A stretch of DNA of 64,000 bases. It comes from Lama glama. Its lineage: Eukaryota. The notes under the pieces were generated by a model, which was not told the origin of the DNA, did no database searches, and was given only the letters and a program-made list of their open reading frames with translations. The translations under genes and the position numbers were made by a program. Positions 26,140-37,968 of this stretch are shown here, one piece after another (position 1 is the first letter of the stretch; every line of letters starts with the position of its first letter). The stretch is taken from assembly GCA_028534125.1 (NCBI GenBank), contig CM052817.1, positions 17,672,001 through 17,736,000 on the forward strand, read 5' to 3'.

Positions 26140-26400
26140 TTATAGTTCTTGCTAATATTTGCTCGAGTTTATATGTCAAGTACTGTACTATGTGTCACTT
26201 TTATTTATCCTATTTTATCCCCAACTGGCCCTATGGGCTAAGTAATAATGACAGTCACTTTTCTAAGCCTTTTACATCTAACAAGTCATTTATTCCTCAA
26301 AACTACTCTATAAAGTAGTAGTATTACTTCTATTTCATAGGTGAAGAAATTAAGTCATAAAGTGGTTGAGTCACACTCAAGTTCAAACTTAAGTACATCC
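26140..26400 (-). mobile_element. MIR fragments
   Basis: tcatttattcctcaaaactactctataaagtagtagtattac..tttcataggtgaagaaattaag. Confidence 0.7.
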
Positions 26401-29129
26401 CCTTAAACCAATCCGAAGGCTACTTCTCCGTGCTATTCCACGTACCCATTAGTTTCCACTTTGCTATCACCAAACATTAGAAGAACAAGTAGCTTAACTC
26501 AAGCTGCTTCTCCCTGCATTCACCTAACTTCTCAATATTAGCTGGCGGTAGGGACATTTAAAGACAGAGGAACCAAAAAGGAGAGAAGATTATCTGCAAC
26601 CTGAATCACTTGGACAACCCAGGATTTCACTATATCAGCCATGCTTAAACTGCAACAGGTATGGCTGTGGACCATGAGAGCACGTTTTCTGCACATGCTG
26701 GCCTGGTATAAAAATATAATCTGTAAATTACTAAGTGGGCTAGATTTTTTCCACAAGAAGGAGCAGAACCACATTCATATTACGTCAGTCAGTGGGAAAT
26801 TTGAGGCAAGAATACATGAAGAGGTGAGGAAGCACAGGAAATGGCCTCAGTGGCTGCGGGCAGGCTTCAGGAAGCATCATTCAGTTTTCTTCTCATTGTA
26901 ATAGTAGCTCTGGTCATTCAGTAGCAGTTCTAGCTGCCCACCACATTCAGGACTGGACTTCTCTGCTGTCCCATCTCTTAGCCTGCTCACTAAGAGCTGA
27001 CTTTTCTGTCTCTCTGACCTCTCTCTCCTTCCTCCCTCTGTTCTTGGCCTCTCTTCTGCCTCTATTTATCACCCATGTTTGTTTGTTTGTTTGTTTTCTC
27101 CTGTAGGGTTACCGATCAAACCCCATGAGAAAGAGTAGGTCCATGAGTAGATCTACTGGTGAATCGAGTAGGTGGTGCTCCCATTGGGTAGAGGGATCCC
27201 CAGATCTGTAGATGGCTGCCTTCCCACTCCTCTCCTCACTGCCTCGCCAGAGAAACATCTTTGTGTCCATTAGCTGCAGCCAATGTAGCAGGGTCATAGA
27301 GAACAAAGCATGGACCTAAATGTCTAGAAGGGAACCTTGAGCACAGCAAATAATTTGTATGGCTTGTCTGGTACAAATGCAAATCCTATTTCATGTACTG
27401 ATGGTGTTAATCAGGGCAAGTGGTCTTACTGAAAAAAAAATTATTAAACTTAAGGGTAGAAACCAAAAAATAAAGGGTCCTTGCTAACTATTTTCTCCTT
27501 GCAGACTTCCGCTAGAGTTCCCTTTTTAGCTGCGGCATACTCAGAATTGGACACCCTCAACTTCTTTAATGCCCTTGCTCCTCAACTCTCTTCCCTGTTG
27601 AATCTCTAGTCAGAAATTTTAGTTGACCCAAGATGCAAGAAGCATCTGTTACCTGTCTTGTTCTTTTATAATCCAGAGGTTCTGATAAATCTGACATTTT
27701 TAAATGGTTAAACAATGGAGGTTTTTGAAATTGTTTTGTTAATGGGGTTGACTGACCAGGAGATGGAAATCATAGGACAGCTCAGTTGCAGACCATTTTG
27801 TATTTTTGAAGTCCTCCTCATTGAAATGCCACTCCCTTCCTCCTTTGTACTTCCCTGGGGCTCTGACTTTGCCAAACCATAAAATGAAAATCCTTCACAG
27901 CCCCATTCAAGGATCCTCTCCTTTTCCATGAAGCCATCTGGTTTCCTGAATCCACGTGATCCTTTTCTCTGAACTCGGTATCGTCTCATTGCCTCTGCTG
28001 TTCATGCATGGACACATCTTGCTGTAATTACTTTTAGGAAACCATGAATTTTTACTTGTTTATGGTAAATTCCTCACAGGCAGAGAAAATGAGCAATGTC
28101 TTATTCCCTAAGCCGCCTAAAACAGTATCTTGCATATAAAGGTATGAAAAAAATAGGGGAAGGGGATGCATGGGAAAAGGCAGGATTGTGCCCACTTTAT
28201 AGATGAGAAAATTAAAACACATCATTTGGGAACTGGGGGAAAATACTGCTCATGGTGGCCCTAAAGTGCAGAAGCAAAAAGAGAAATGATTTAAAGGTAG
28301 AAGTAGAGGACTCAGGCAAAGAGTAAAAGAAGGAAGAAGAAAAAGAGCGAGAAGAGACAGAAAAGGAGGAGATGCGTCACTGGATCGCTAAGATGAGCAA
28401 ATAAGCAGCAGAGGAGGGATTTTTTTTTAAGAGGATGAGATGAGAGACAAAAGCAGAAGAAAAAGGCAGAAAAGCACTTTTATCATCTCCTTAGGAAAAT
28501 GCTTTATGTCAACCAGAAGAGCTAATTTGGGCTTTGGGAAGTAGAGAAAAAAAATGAGGAAGGCTCTATCCCTTGGTAAAAGGTAAGAGAACTGAGAAAA
28601 GTAAATAGAAGATAAAGGGGAAGAAGAGAGGGAAGTGGCTGATCCTTTTTTGGTTATTAAAATTATTCCACACAAAATCAAGTTTTGACAACTTTGCAAA
28701 ATTAAAGGGAAAAAAGAAAACCACATTGAAAGGAACTGAAGTCTAGATTATACTTTACTTGTTACGTGAAATATTTGACTATACCTTGAAAGTTACTTCC
28801 ACCTTCTGCTTTAATCTAATGATGATGTAGACCCAAATAGCACCCTGAGATGTTGAATGCTCCTCCAGGACCGGGAATGTGACCAGGCATGTGATGCTTT
28901 GAGTCCGAAATTCTGTGCAGTTTGGATAAATGCAGGCCAAACTTCTAAAGCATATGTTTAAATTCTTTGTCATCAAATGAGAATTTTTCAACCATTTTAA
29001 ATCAGAACTTTCAGATGTCTAATCTAGCAATGTCTTATAGTCATCCTAAGTTTGACACCAGAGTCCTGCCCATCATGCAAAGCATTGGAGAAAAATTAGT
29101 TCTAATTTTATTTAAATTAGAAACTCAAG

Positions 29130-29795
29130 ACAGATTTGTGACATCTTTTCTGTTGGCTTTCAGGACACCTCTCTTTAGGACATAGTTTTCCTCTTTCCAC
29201 ACTGACTGCTTCTCCTCAGTTTTTACTGAAGACTCCTCTTCCTGGATTCCTCCCTTACGAATTCCTCCTAGATTCCTCCATTTTTCTAGAATCCATCTTT
29301 GATTCTCTGCTTTTCTAACATTACACAGTTTCCTTGGATCACATGTTCTATTTCTGTTGTTTTCATTATTATTCAGAAACAGATACCTGCCTCCCCCATT
29401 CACTATCTGCCACCTAATTCCTCTCTACAAAGCTTCAGAACCATAATTCAAAGGCTCTGGATATCTACAGTGTGGTCCTCAGGCTCTGCAAACTTGTCCC
29501 ATCCAAAAAGTAATCCTATTTCCTGCCTCCCTCCCCCAGACTTGTTCTTTCTGTCATCCATCTTGTTTCCCAAAGCAAAATACTGGATGTTACCTTTAAT
29601 TTCTTATTCCACTACACACCAGGTTATTTGGTCACATGGAGTCTACCTGTTAAGTATTTCTTGAACTGTCAACTTCCTATCAAGCTTGGTTCACTCCTAC
29701 TCATCCTCAAAGCTCCACAATAAAATCCTCCTGACTTTCCCCAGATTATGCTAGGTCCCTCAATTTTACTCTTTCATTTTACTCTATGACTCTCT
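29130..29795 (+). mobile_element. L2 fragment
   Basis: ttggctttcaggacacc..ctcctcagt..ctctcttcc..gatatctacagtgtggtcctcagg..aaacttgtcccatccaaaa; resumes after MLT at about 30127-30435. Confidence 0.65.
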
Positions 29796-29799
29796 TTTA

Positions 29800-30126
29800 T
29801 AGGTTGGTTTATGGTAGACTAAGCTGATATAACAAATAGACCCAAGTAAGTAATAATTCAGCCATCAGGAACTATTTCCTACTCACGTAACACTCCTGGG
29901 CTAGTGTTCATGTTGTCAGTGCCACTTTTCTCCACACATTTAGGGGACCTGGCTCTTCTCTATTTATTTCTCTATCACACCCTATCACTTCTACTTAGAT
30001 GCCATTGGCTAGACTTTAGTCACATGATCACACTCCATTGCAGGGGAGGCTGGGAAATGTAGTTCAGCTATCTCCCTGGAAAGAGAAGCACACAACAGAT
30101 TTGGGGGGAAAGCAGTCTCTGCCACA
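29800..30126 (-). mobile_element. MLT1-family LTR fragment inserted in L2
   Basis: ccattggctagactttagtcacatgatcacactccattgcaggggaggctgggaaatgtagt..gcagtctctgccaca. Confidence 0.8.
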
Positions 30127-30172
30127 ATAGCACCTGTCACAGTGGCCATTCTACATTTATTTATACAACTAC

Positions 30173-30313
30173 TTTTTTTAATTTCGGGAGGGAGAAGGGA
30201 GGGAGGTAATTAGACGTATTTATGTATCTATTTAGAGGGAGGTATTTGGGATTGAACCCAGGACCTTGTGCATGCTAAGCATGAACTCTACCACTGAGCT
30301 ATACCCTCTCCCC
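30173..30313 (-). mobile_element. Camelid SINE (Vic-1 type, long form)
   Basis: ggggattgaacccaggaccttgtgcatgctaagcatgaactctaccactgagctataccc; degenerate TSD acaactac/atgactac. Confidence 0.92.
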
Positions 30314-30699
30314 TCATGACTACATTATTAATGTCCATTTTCCCCACCAGATTTTAAGCTCTGTGAGGGTAGATGCATTTTTGTTCACAATCTGGTCTCA
30401 ATAAGTCTCTATAAATATGTGCTGAAGGAATCAGTAAATCCTTCCTAATTTAGATCTCTAGCAGATTTAGCCTGCAGCACTACAGCAGCCTCTCAACTGA
30501 CCTGTCTCTTCTCCTCGCCCCCTCTGGAGTAAAGCCTCTCCACAGTGATCCTCCTACACTCTGCCTTTGATCCTGCCATCTCTTCTCCTCTAAAACTCTC
30601 CTACAGCTCTTCATTGCCCCCAAAACTCTTGATTTTGCCATGCAATTCCCTTCCTGTTTATCTTCCCCGCCGTACTTCTCATCACTGTTCTCTTTCCAC

Positions 30700-31087
30700 T
30701 CCTTCCCGTCACATATGCACACACCCTCACTCACACTCCCACAAGTACTCTCTCCCTTTCCAGCCTAGCCACACTGAAACCCTGACACGTCCCGCCAGAG
30801 CACCATGCCCCTCCCCTGGCTAACTGCTCATTCCCTTCCAGTCTCGGCTTAGTTTGTCACTTTCTTGAGGCTACCCCTTAGCCCTCAAGATGGTGTTGGT
30901 GCCATTGCCCTGTGCTCCCATGGCCCTCTGACTACTGTAGTGGGTATCTTATGGTTTGCCTGAAGTTATCAAGTACTTCTCTGCCAGCAGACTGCCCTGC
31001 CACATCGTACGTTAAGTGTTCCCAGCACTTAACACATTGCTTAGCACATAGTCTACATCCTGGAAATAGAGGATGGATGAATGAATG
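30700..31087 (+). mobile_element. L2 3' fragment
   Basis: ctaactgctcattcccttccagtctcggcttag..cccagcacttaacacattgcttagcacatagt..ggatggatgaatgaatg. Confidence 0.65.
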
Positions 31088-31601
31088 TGATACAGAAAAA
31101 TGGGGCCAGAGAGGATGGGTGAGTCCCAGGCCTCAGGTGAGTCCCTGGAATGCGCCCAGTTAAGTGAGGGTCCTTGGCTTTGTGCAGGAAAGAATTCAAG
31201 AGTGAGTCATAGTTGAGTAAAAGTAGATTTATTTTGGAGAGATGTACACTCTATAGACAGAGTATGGGCTATTCTAAAAGGCAAGAGAAAGACCAGGAGG
31301 TGCGGGGTTGTTAGCTTTTACGGGCTTGGGAACTCCATATGCTAACAAGTAGGAGGAATATTCCAACTACTTTGGAGAAGTGGCGGGGATTCCCAGGAAT
31401 CGGGCCACCGCCCACTTTTTGACTTTTTATGGTTAGCTTTGGACGGTCTGGATGCCTCATTTCCCATGCTAATATATTACAAGGTCTACTGGAAGTCAAA
31501 TCTCCTGCCATCTTGGGCCTCAAGGTCTCCTGAGTGTTGAATCTTTAACTGCTCTGTCATTTGTTTAATGGTTGTGCCCTGTCCCCTTCCCTCCTGTCTC
31601 A
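31088..31601 (-). mobile_element. MER41-like ERV1 solo LTR (copy 2), about 514 bp
   Basis: Homologous to 15009-15520 (ctcaggtgagtccctgg, aagtgagggtccttgg, ggaggaatattccaactactttgg, gattcccaggaat, gggccaccgcccacttttt); TG...CA termini; TSD unclear (gaatg/gactg). Confidence 0.88.
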
Positions 31602-32487
31602 GACTGGTGGAAGCATGGATGGATGGATGGATGACATTTAGTAGGAGGAAAGTTGTGAGCCATCAAGTTCAGCTTTTAAAAAGATCAGGTATCACTGGTG
31701 ACATCAGTTAAGAAAGCTTCAGTGATGGAAACACCCAAATTCCTAGGTAAAATTGTGCTAAATATAGAAGTGTTAATTATCAAAAAAGTTTTTCAAGTTT
31801 CTTTCCATAATCTTAACCTCTTAATCTTCTTGCAAAAGTTCCAAAGAGGTGCTTTTCTTCTCTTCTATAACATTAATTTTTAAAACCCAGATGGCCTTAA
31901 ACTTGTACTTTCTGGTGGTGCAAATAGTTGATAAGTTGTCTTTTCTCTTGATTTCAATATAGAGCAGGAGATATGGTTACACAGAAGCCCAACATTTACT
32001 TTACCTCTTTTTCCTGGGGCTCATGGAACTTGATGGATCTCTAGACCTGTGAAATATCAGAGGACCTGATTTTCCCCATGTCATATTTGCTTCTGGGTGC
32101 TCCAAAGTCTGGGAGCCTGAAGGGATGGGGCTTGGAGATGGGACAAGGCTTGTCCTGGGTCCAGCCTCCCAGTGTAAAAGCAATTCAGCAGCCAGAATAA
32201 CAAACACCCAGTTTACGAATTTGCCATGGAAGCTGCCCAAGGATCATTCCTGGGTTCCTCTGAGTGTATTAGATGAGCTGGGAAAAAAAAAAGAAGCAGC
32301 AACTCATATTCTGATGTAAATGTCAGTAGTCTATCATCACCTGAGCAAGAACAATAGATTTCTAAGTGCTTGTTACTGCTAGAGGCAATGGAATGAATCT
32401 GATGAGGCATTCACAAGGCAGGAAACTTTACAATTTTGATCTAAGAGTAACAGCTACTTGCAGAAGTAGAAATAAAAAGATCCTCCT

Positions 32488-32633
32488 GAGGGGAGGGTAT
32501 AGCTCAGAGCACGTGCTTTGGATACAAGAAGTCTTATGTTCAATTCCCTGTATCCCTATTTAAAAATAATAATAAATAAATAATCCGAATTACCACCACC
32601 ACCACCCTCCCTGAAAAAAACCCAAAAACAAAC
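32488..32633 (+). mobile_element. Camelid SINE (Vic-1 type, long form, internal deletion in head)
   Basis: ggggagggtatagctcagagcacgtgc..gttcaattccctgtatcc; TSD aaagatcctcct/aaaaatcttcct. Confidence 0.85.
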
Positions 32634-33221
32634 AAAAATCTTCCTACTTAATTGACCTGCCCAATTACATCTGACATTCCTGTAAAAATAACCAAAGGAA
32701 TGAAATGAATAAGTGTAAACTTCTAAACCAACGCTTCTATTCTAAGAATTTTACTCATCTAAATTTCCTGAAACTTAGTTGAGCAAGGCTGTAAGCTGTT
32801 TTGATTTTTGTATGGAGCGTAGAAGGGAAAGAACAGCACACGCTCTGATTTAGCGTCAACTTCCCTGTCTTATTTTCAGCCCAGTCAGAAAACCACGCTC
32901 TTTGCTTGCCTCACTCCTTTATTTTTCCAAAAAAGTATTCTCTTCTGTGTAAGGTTCTGATCCAAAATAATCAGGATTGGAAGCTGGGCTGTTTTTGCTT
33001 CATTTCTGTGGCCTGAGTCATTCTCTCCAAGACCAGGATGCCCTCAGGGAAGATACAGAGGAAATGATGTAATTCTCTTTGGTCTCTTTCACGCTTTGGG
33101 CTTTTTCTTTGGCCTGAGCCTTAATGAATCTGTTTTCTAATTAGCCAGCAAGGAGTACAGTGAAAAAAATGTGGGTCTCCTGCCTCTCCCTTCCTCACTA
33201 GATGCTCACATACTGTTTTTT

Positions 33222-33721
33222 NNNNNNNNNNNNNNNNNNNNNNNNNNNNNNNNNNNNNNNNNNNNNNNNNNNNNNNNNNNNNNNNNNNNNNNNNNNNNNN
33301 NNNNNNNNNNNNNNNNNNNNNNNNNNNNNNNNNNNNNNNNNNNNNNNNNNNNNNNNNNNNNNNNNNNNNNNNNNNNNNNNNNNNNNNNNNNNNNNNNNNN
33401 NNNNNNNNNNNNNNNNNNNNNNNNNNNNNNNNNNNNNNNNNNNNNNNNNNNNNNNNNNNNNNNNNNNNNNNNNNNNNNNNNNNNNNNNNNNNNNNNNNNN
33501 NNNNNNNNNNNNNNNNNNNNNNNNNNNNNNNNNNNNNNNNNNNNNNNNNNNNNNNNNNNNNNNNNNNNNNNNNNNNNNNNNNNNNNNNNNNNNNNNNNNN
33601 NNNNNNNNNNNNNNNNNNNNNNNNNNNNNNNNNNNNNNNNNNNNNNNNNNNNNNNNNNNNNNNNNNNNNNNNNNNNNNNNNNNNNNNNNNNNNNNNNNNN
33701 NNNNNNNNNNNNNNNNNNNNN
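33222..33721. other. Assembly gap (500 N)
   Basis: Run of N characters. Confidence 1.
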
Positions 33722-36559
33722 AGCAAGGGTGAAGGCCCTCCCAGCGCTCACTGGCTGCAAGTGGCCGGCAGCAGAGTGGGCTGTAGATTTTCAAGGCCAT
33801 TCTGGAATCTGCAAGAAGAAGGGCATCTGTTACGAGACAGAGAAGAACCACTCTCTGGACCATTTTTACTCAACGACGCACAGCCTCGCCCTCCTTCAGA
33901 AAAGCCTAGAAAAACAGGCCAGGGAGCTAGTCACGCCACAGCTTCTGTCCCCTCATCGGCTTTCAGGGAGAAGTGGGAAGTGGGCTGTTGTTTTCGTCAG
34001 TGGTGACCACAGCCTCCCTCCGTGGCCCCTGCAGTCACTCTCTCAGAGGCGGGGACTCCAACTGTTCCTCCCTCTTCCTGAAAGTGCTCCACAGTCAAGA
34101 CTCGGTCAGCTCCATCGGCACCTTCCTGGGACTCTGCCTAGGCCCACGGTTGCTTCTCCTGATGGCATCTAAGTCATCCCTGACTTGAGGGAAAAGAGTT
34201 GATTTTTGATTCACTTCATCTAGGACAGCATCTGGCACATAGTGCTCAGTCAGTGTGTGTTGACTAGTGAATGAATTTGAGGAATTTCTGAAACCAGAAA
34301 GAAGATACGGGAGGATATACTTTTGGAATGAGGAGAATCTAAGATACCAGGGCCGGAGGGAAAGGATGGGACTGCATGGAGGAAGGCAGCGTTTAAGTGA
34401 TGGAGAATTGCCTTCTTGGTCATTGAATGTTTACAGTAACTACAACTGATTGGGTGTCTTTGTTGATATGACACAAATGAAGAAGCAGAGGCAGAAAGTT
34501 TCTACATGCTTACTAAGCTGACACCAAAAGAAAGTGGCAGGGGTGCCTGACTCCATAGGGTGGTGCCCTTTCCACCACACTGCCATTGGTTCCCTGACTC
34601 CAGTTCGGGACAAAGGCTAATCAGATTCAATTAAAGTGCACCCCGACCTGGATTCAAATCCCACCTCTGTGATTTTGGCAAGGCTCTGAATCTCTGTATG
34701 TACCTGTTTCCCTATAAAGAAAATAAAAAGGTGGGACCTGGCATTTTATGATTCTACTTACACCCCCAACAGCCCAGTGGGGAGGAAGGGAACGAGTGTT
34801 AATAACTCCGGAACAAGAAATTGAAGGCCAGGAAGACTGTATGATTGGCTATGTGGTTAAGTAACATGTCAAGTCAGTGGCCCAGAGAAAGACCAGCAGG
34901 GCAGGAGGTATCTTGGCAAGTCACAACTGTCACCTCTTCTCGAAACCACATAGTTTTAATGGCTCACGAGAAAGACTGAGTGGCGTGCTAAGTTGAAGCT
35001 GTAGGGAATTTAAAGCTCTTTCCTTACGGTGACTAAAACAAAGCTTTAGAAATTGTAGCATGTTGGGGAGCCCTGAGGCTCAGGGATTTTGCAGGCCAGG
35101 CAGGCTGGATGTGAGGGTGGATGCTACTAGTCCTGGTGAATCCACAGAAGTCTATTAAGATGCAATCTGTGGAAAATCTAAAGTGGCCTTGGGCTCTAGG
35201 CTTGTACTTGCTTTGCTGTTAACACACTGGAATGCTGTCTCTGATGATTACTTTTCCATTTTCCTGGACTTGCTGGTTAAATGCTGTATGTGAAACACTT
35301 TGAATCATTTAAGTGGGGGAGAAAAAAACAAACAAGTCTTGACTTCACCATAACATCAGACCCACAGTAGTGGCTTTGATCGTTTGATGTTTAATTGAGC
35401 ACATACTGTGTTTAAAAAAAGCTTTACATACTTCGAGTGTTAGGTTTAGTGTCCCTGTAGCTTTGGAGAAAGGTTATTTAGCAAAGAAATCTTTCTCTCT
35501 GTGTCCTTTGCAGCAAGGGCAGAGTCAAATATCTTCCTTCTTCAACCTGTGAAGTCGGTTTTGACTTTTTTTTTTCCTTTTTGTCTGGATCATATTCTAT
35601 CTTGGCCGGAACAGAATCATTGGGCCACATGATATAAGCAAAAAAGCCAAACTTGTAAAAATTGGGCTCCGATCCCACTCTGTAACACTAGCCCTCATGA
35701 AAAATCCAACATTTATGGAATTCCTTAGTTAATGATTTAGGAATCTCCACTCCACCCCTTGTACCACCAGACAAGAGCCTCTCTCCTTTCTTGGGTCTGG
35801 AGCTAGGCCACAAACCTGAGGGCTGTGGGGCCTGGCTTCTCCAATGCATGGCCCTTGTGGGTTACCCTTGAGATTTGCTTAGGTGAGTGCCAGCCTGGCC
35901 AGGCTGCAGGTGCCCAAGAAAGCCAGGAAAGCGCCAGAGAAAACTTGATCTGTGAAGAACATGATGTGAAGGGTACACAGTCTGTTCATTTCTTTTATAG
36001 GATTTAAAACTATCTAGGATGGCAGTGATACAGGAAAAGATGGCAAATGTCAGCAGAAGGGAGAGACTTAGCTTGGACATATGGGCTTACATTCTTCCCT
36101 GAGAGAAATGCTCTCCTGACCTGCTCTAGCCCCAAAAGCCCAGAGGAAGGATTTTGCTGGCACACTTAGGGTTTCTAAATGTATTACTTTTCCCTATAGA
36201 TTTCTGTCATGTTATTAAAAATTGGACTCAGCATCCATGTCATCTTTACAAGTTATTTGTACGTGATATCTTCATGTTCTTTCTCCTAGTTGCTGCTTAT
36301 TTCATATTTATGTGCATATTTCATATATATGAAAATATATATCTTGTTTCCCAAGCTAGCTCCTTTGCTGAATCTTTATTGCACACCTACTAGGTGCTAA
36401 GCAGTGTATATAGTATTGTGCCAGAGAATGCCAAGACTCTAAGTAGAACCTCTTGAATGATTTTGGCCTTTTACCCTCTCTTTGTCCTCTTTGCTTTCTA
36501 GTTAATTTATCACATGTACTTCCTATTTATCTTCAATTTTCTGTCTAAAGATAAGGTGC

Positions 36560-36875
36560 TAAAATATAATTTTCAGAAAGATAAACCAAAAAAAAAAAGA
36601 AAGAAAGATAAAACCATGACTCTCATACAAATATAAAATGAGTATGTACTAAAGACTTTAACTTGTTAATTCATGAGAGAACCAGAAAGATGTTACAACC
36701 AGTTGAAAGGACAATTTGAAGAACAAATACGTATGTAGGCGATCTGGAATGCCGAGAAGGATTTACTAATAGATGAAAAATGGCCTGGCACACAGTAGGC
36801 ACTCAATAAATGTTAACTGTTTGTGGCCAATGTCTGTCCGACCTGGTAGTTCTTAATAAACATCACTAAACTAAA
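36560..36875. mobile_element. Probable old hAT DNA-transposon fragment (Tip100/Zaphod-like), containing a short MIR/L2 tail at 36785-36823
   Basis: ttaattcatgagagaaccagaaagatgttacaaccagttgaaaggacaatttgaagaac recalls such a consensus (from memory, uncertain); ctggcacacagtaggcactcaataaatgttaactg is the MIR/L2 tail. Confidence 0.4.
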
Positions 36876-37472
36876 CCTGATTGAACAGAAGGGTGGGTGG
36901 GATGGAGGAGGCTGGTGATCGGCAACTAGCCATGAACAGAGGGGCCACTCACAGAAGACAAGTCTTGCATAGCAGGCTGTTCTGCAAAAGATATTTGAAA
37001 TGTTTACACCAATTCCCAGAGTCGCTTAGACTTGCTTTTAATTTAGGATCATTCTAAGACCAGACTAGACAAGCAGTGATGAATTTCAGAAAACCTCCCA
37101 AGCAGATAGCAGGTTTTTGCATGCCACACTTTAACTTCTCATTTTCAGGTAGAGAGAGGTGAAAGGGTTCAGGCGAGTGGCGGTGAAACTGTATTTTAAG
37201 TACTAAAATCATAAAGAGATGTTGCTCCTTGGGATGGAAGGGCAGAAAAGGAAAATCAGCTCTGTTCCATGGCCAGGAAAGCCCCATACCTGCCCTGGCC
37301 TAACCATGGATAGTGGCAAATGTCCAGACCAGATCATTCTCTGAGCCTAAGGTAACTGAGTGAAACATACTTTTTAAACTCTTCTATGGAAGTATTTTTG
37401 TAGCTTTACAAACATTTGATTCAAATTTCATTTTTTACTGTTTAAAAATTAGTTATGAAAAGCAAATGGTTT

Positions 37473-37809
37473 GATTAATGCCAGACAAAGCATTTACCAG
37501 AAGCCCCACTCACAGCTTCATCCTCCCTCTAGTTAGGAGAGTGGGGTCAGAGTGGCCCCCACCATCAGGGGACAATCTCCCTGGGGAGTCCTGCTCTGGA
37601 TTAGCTGTCATACTCAGATGGGGCAGGAGTAGAATGACAAACCTACATGAGGAGTTCCTAGTCTTAATATTTCCAATACCCTGCAAACAGCGATTTCCCA
37701 TTACTGATGTGGATTAGATGACTGATAATTCACCTTTCTAATGTGAATCTTCCTAAAGGAGGGCAGTGGAATAAATTAATTTAAAAAGTAAACTGGAAAA
37801 TCTTTAAAA
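37473..37809 (+). pseudogene. Orphan retroposed insertion (processed 3'-UTR fragment or L1 orphan transduction), parent unknown
   Basis: Perfect 15-bp TSD aaaagcaaatggttt (37458-37472 / 37810-37824); AATAAA at 37770-37775; A-rich end. Confidence 0.65.
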
Positions 37810-37819
37810 AAAAGCAAAT

Positions 37820-37968
37820 GGTTTTAAATAATGAAAAAGTTCTGGAAATGGATAATGGTAATGATTGCGCATCCTCGTGAATATATTTAATGCCACTGAA
37901 TTGCACACTTAATGATTAAAATCGTAAATTTTCTGTTATATGTATTTTATTACAAGTTTTTAAAGTTT
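37820..37968 (+). mobile_element. L1MB-type 3' terminal fragment
   Basis: atgaaaaagttctggaaatggataatggtaatgattgc..tttaatgccactgaattgcacactt..gtaaattttctgttatatgtattttattacaa. Confidence 0.88.

Noticed and set aside
15009..31601. The two MER41-like LTRs as ends of one provirus
   Set aside because: Copy 1 has its own TSD, the copies are substantially diverged, and the 15.5 kb between them holds ancient MIR/L2 and no gag/pol/env
33121..34172. Longest ORFs in the track (176-333 aa)
   Set aside because: Artefacts of translating the 500-N gap; the real flanking residues resemble no protein I know
35478..35678. 66-aa ORF with a KKEKKK motif
   Set aside because: The lysine run comes from a T-tract; no convincing splice sites or recognisable homology
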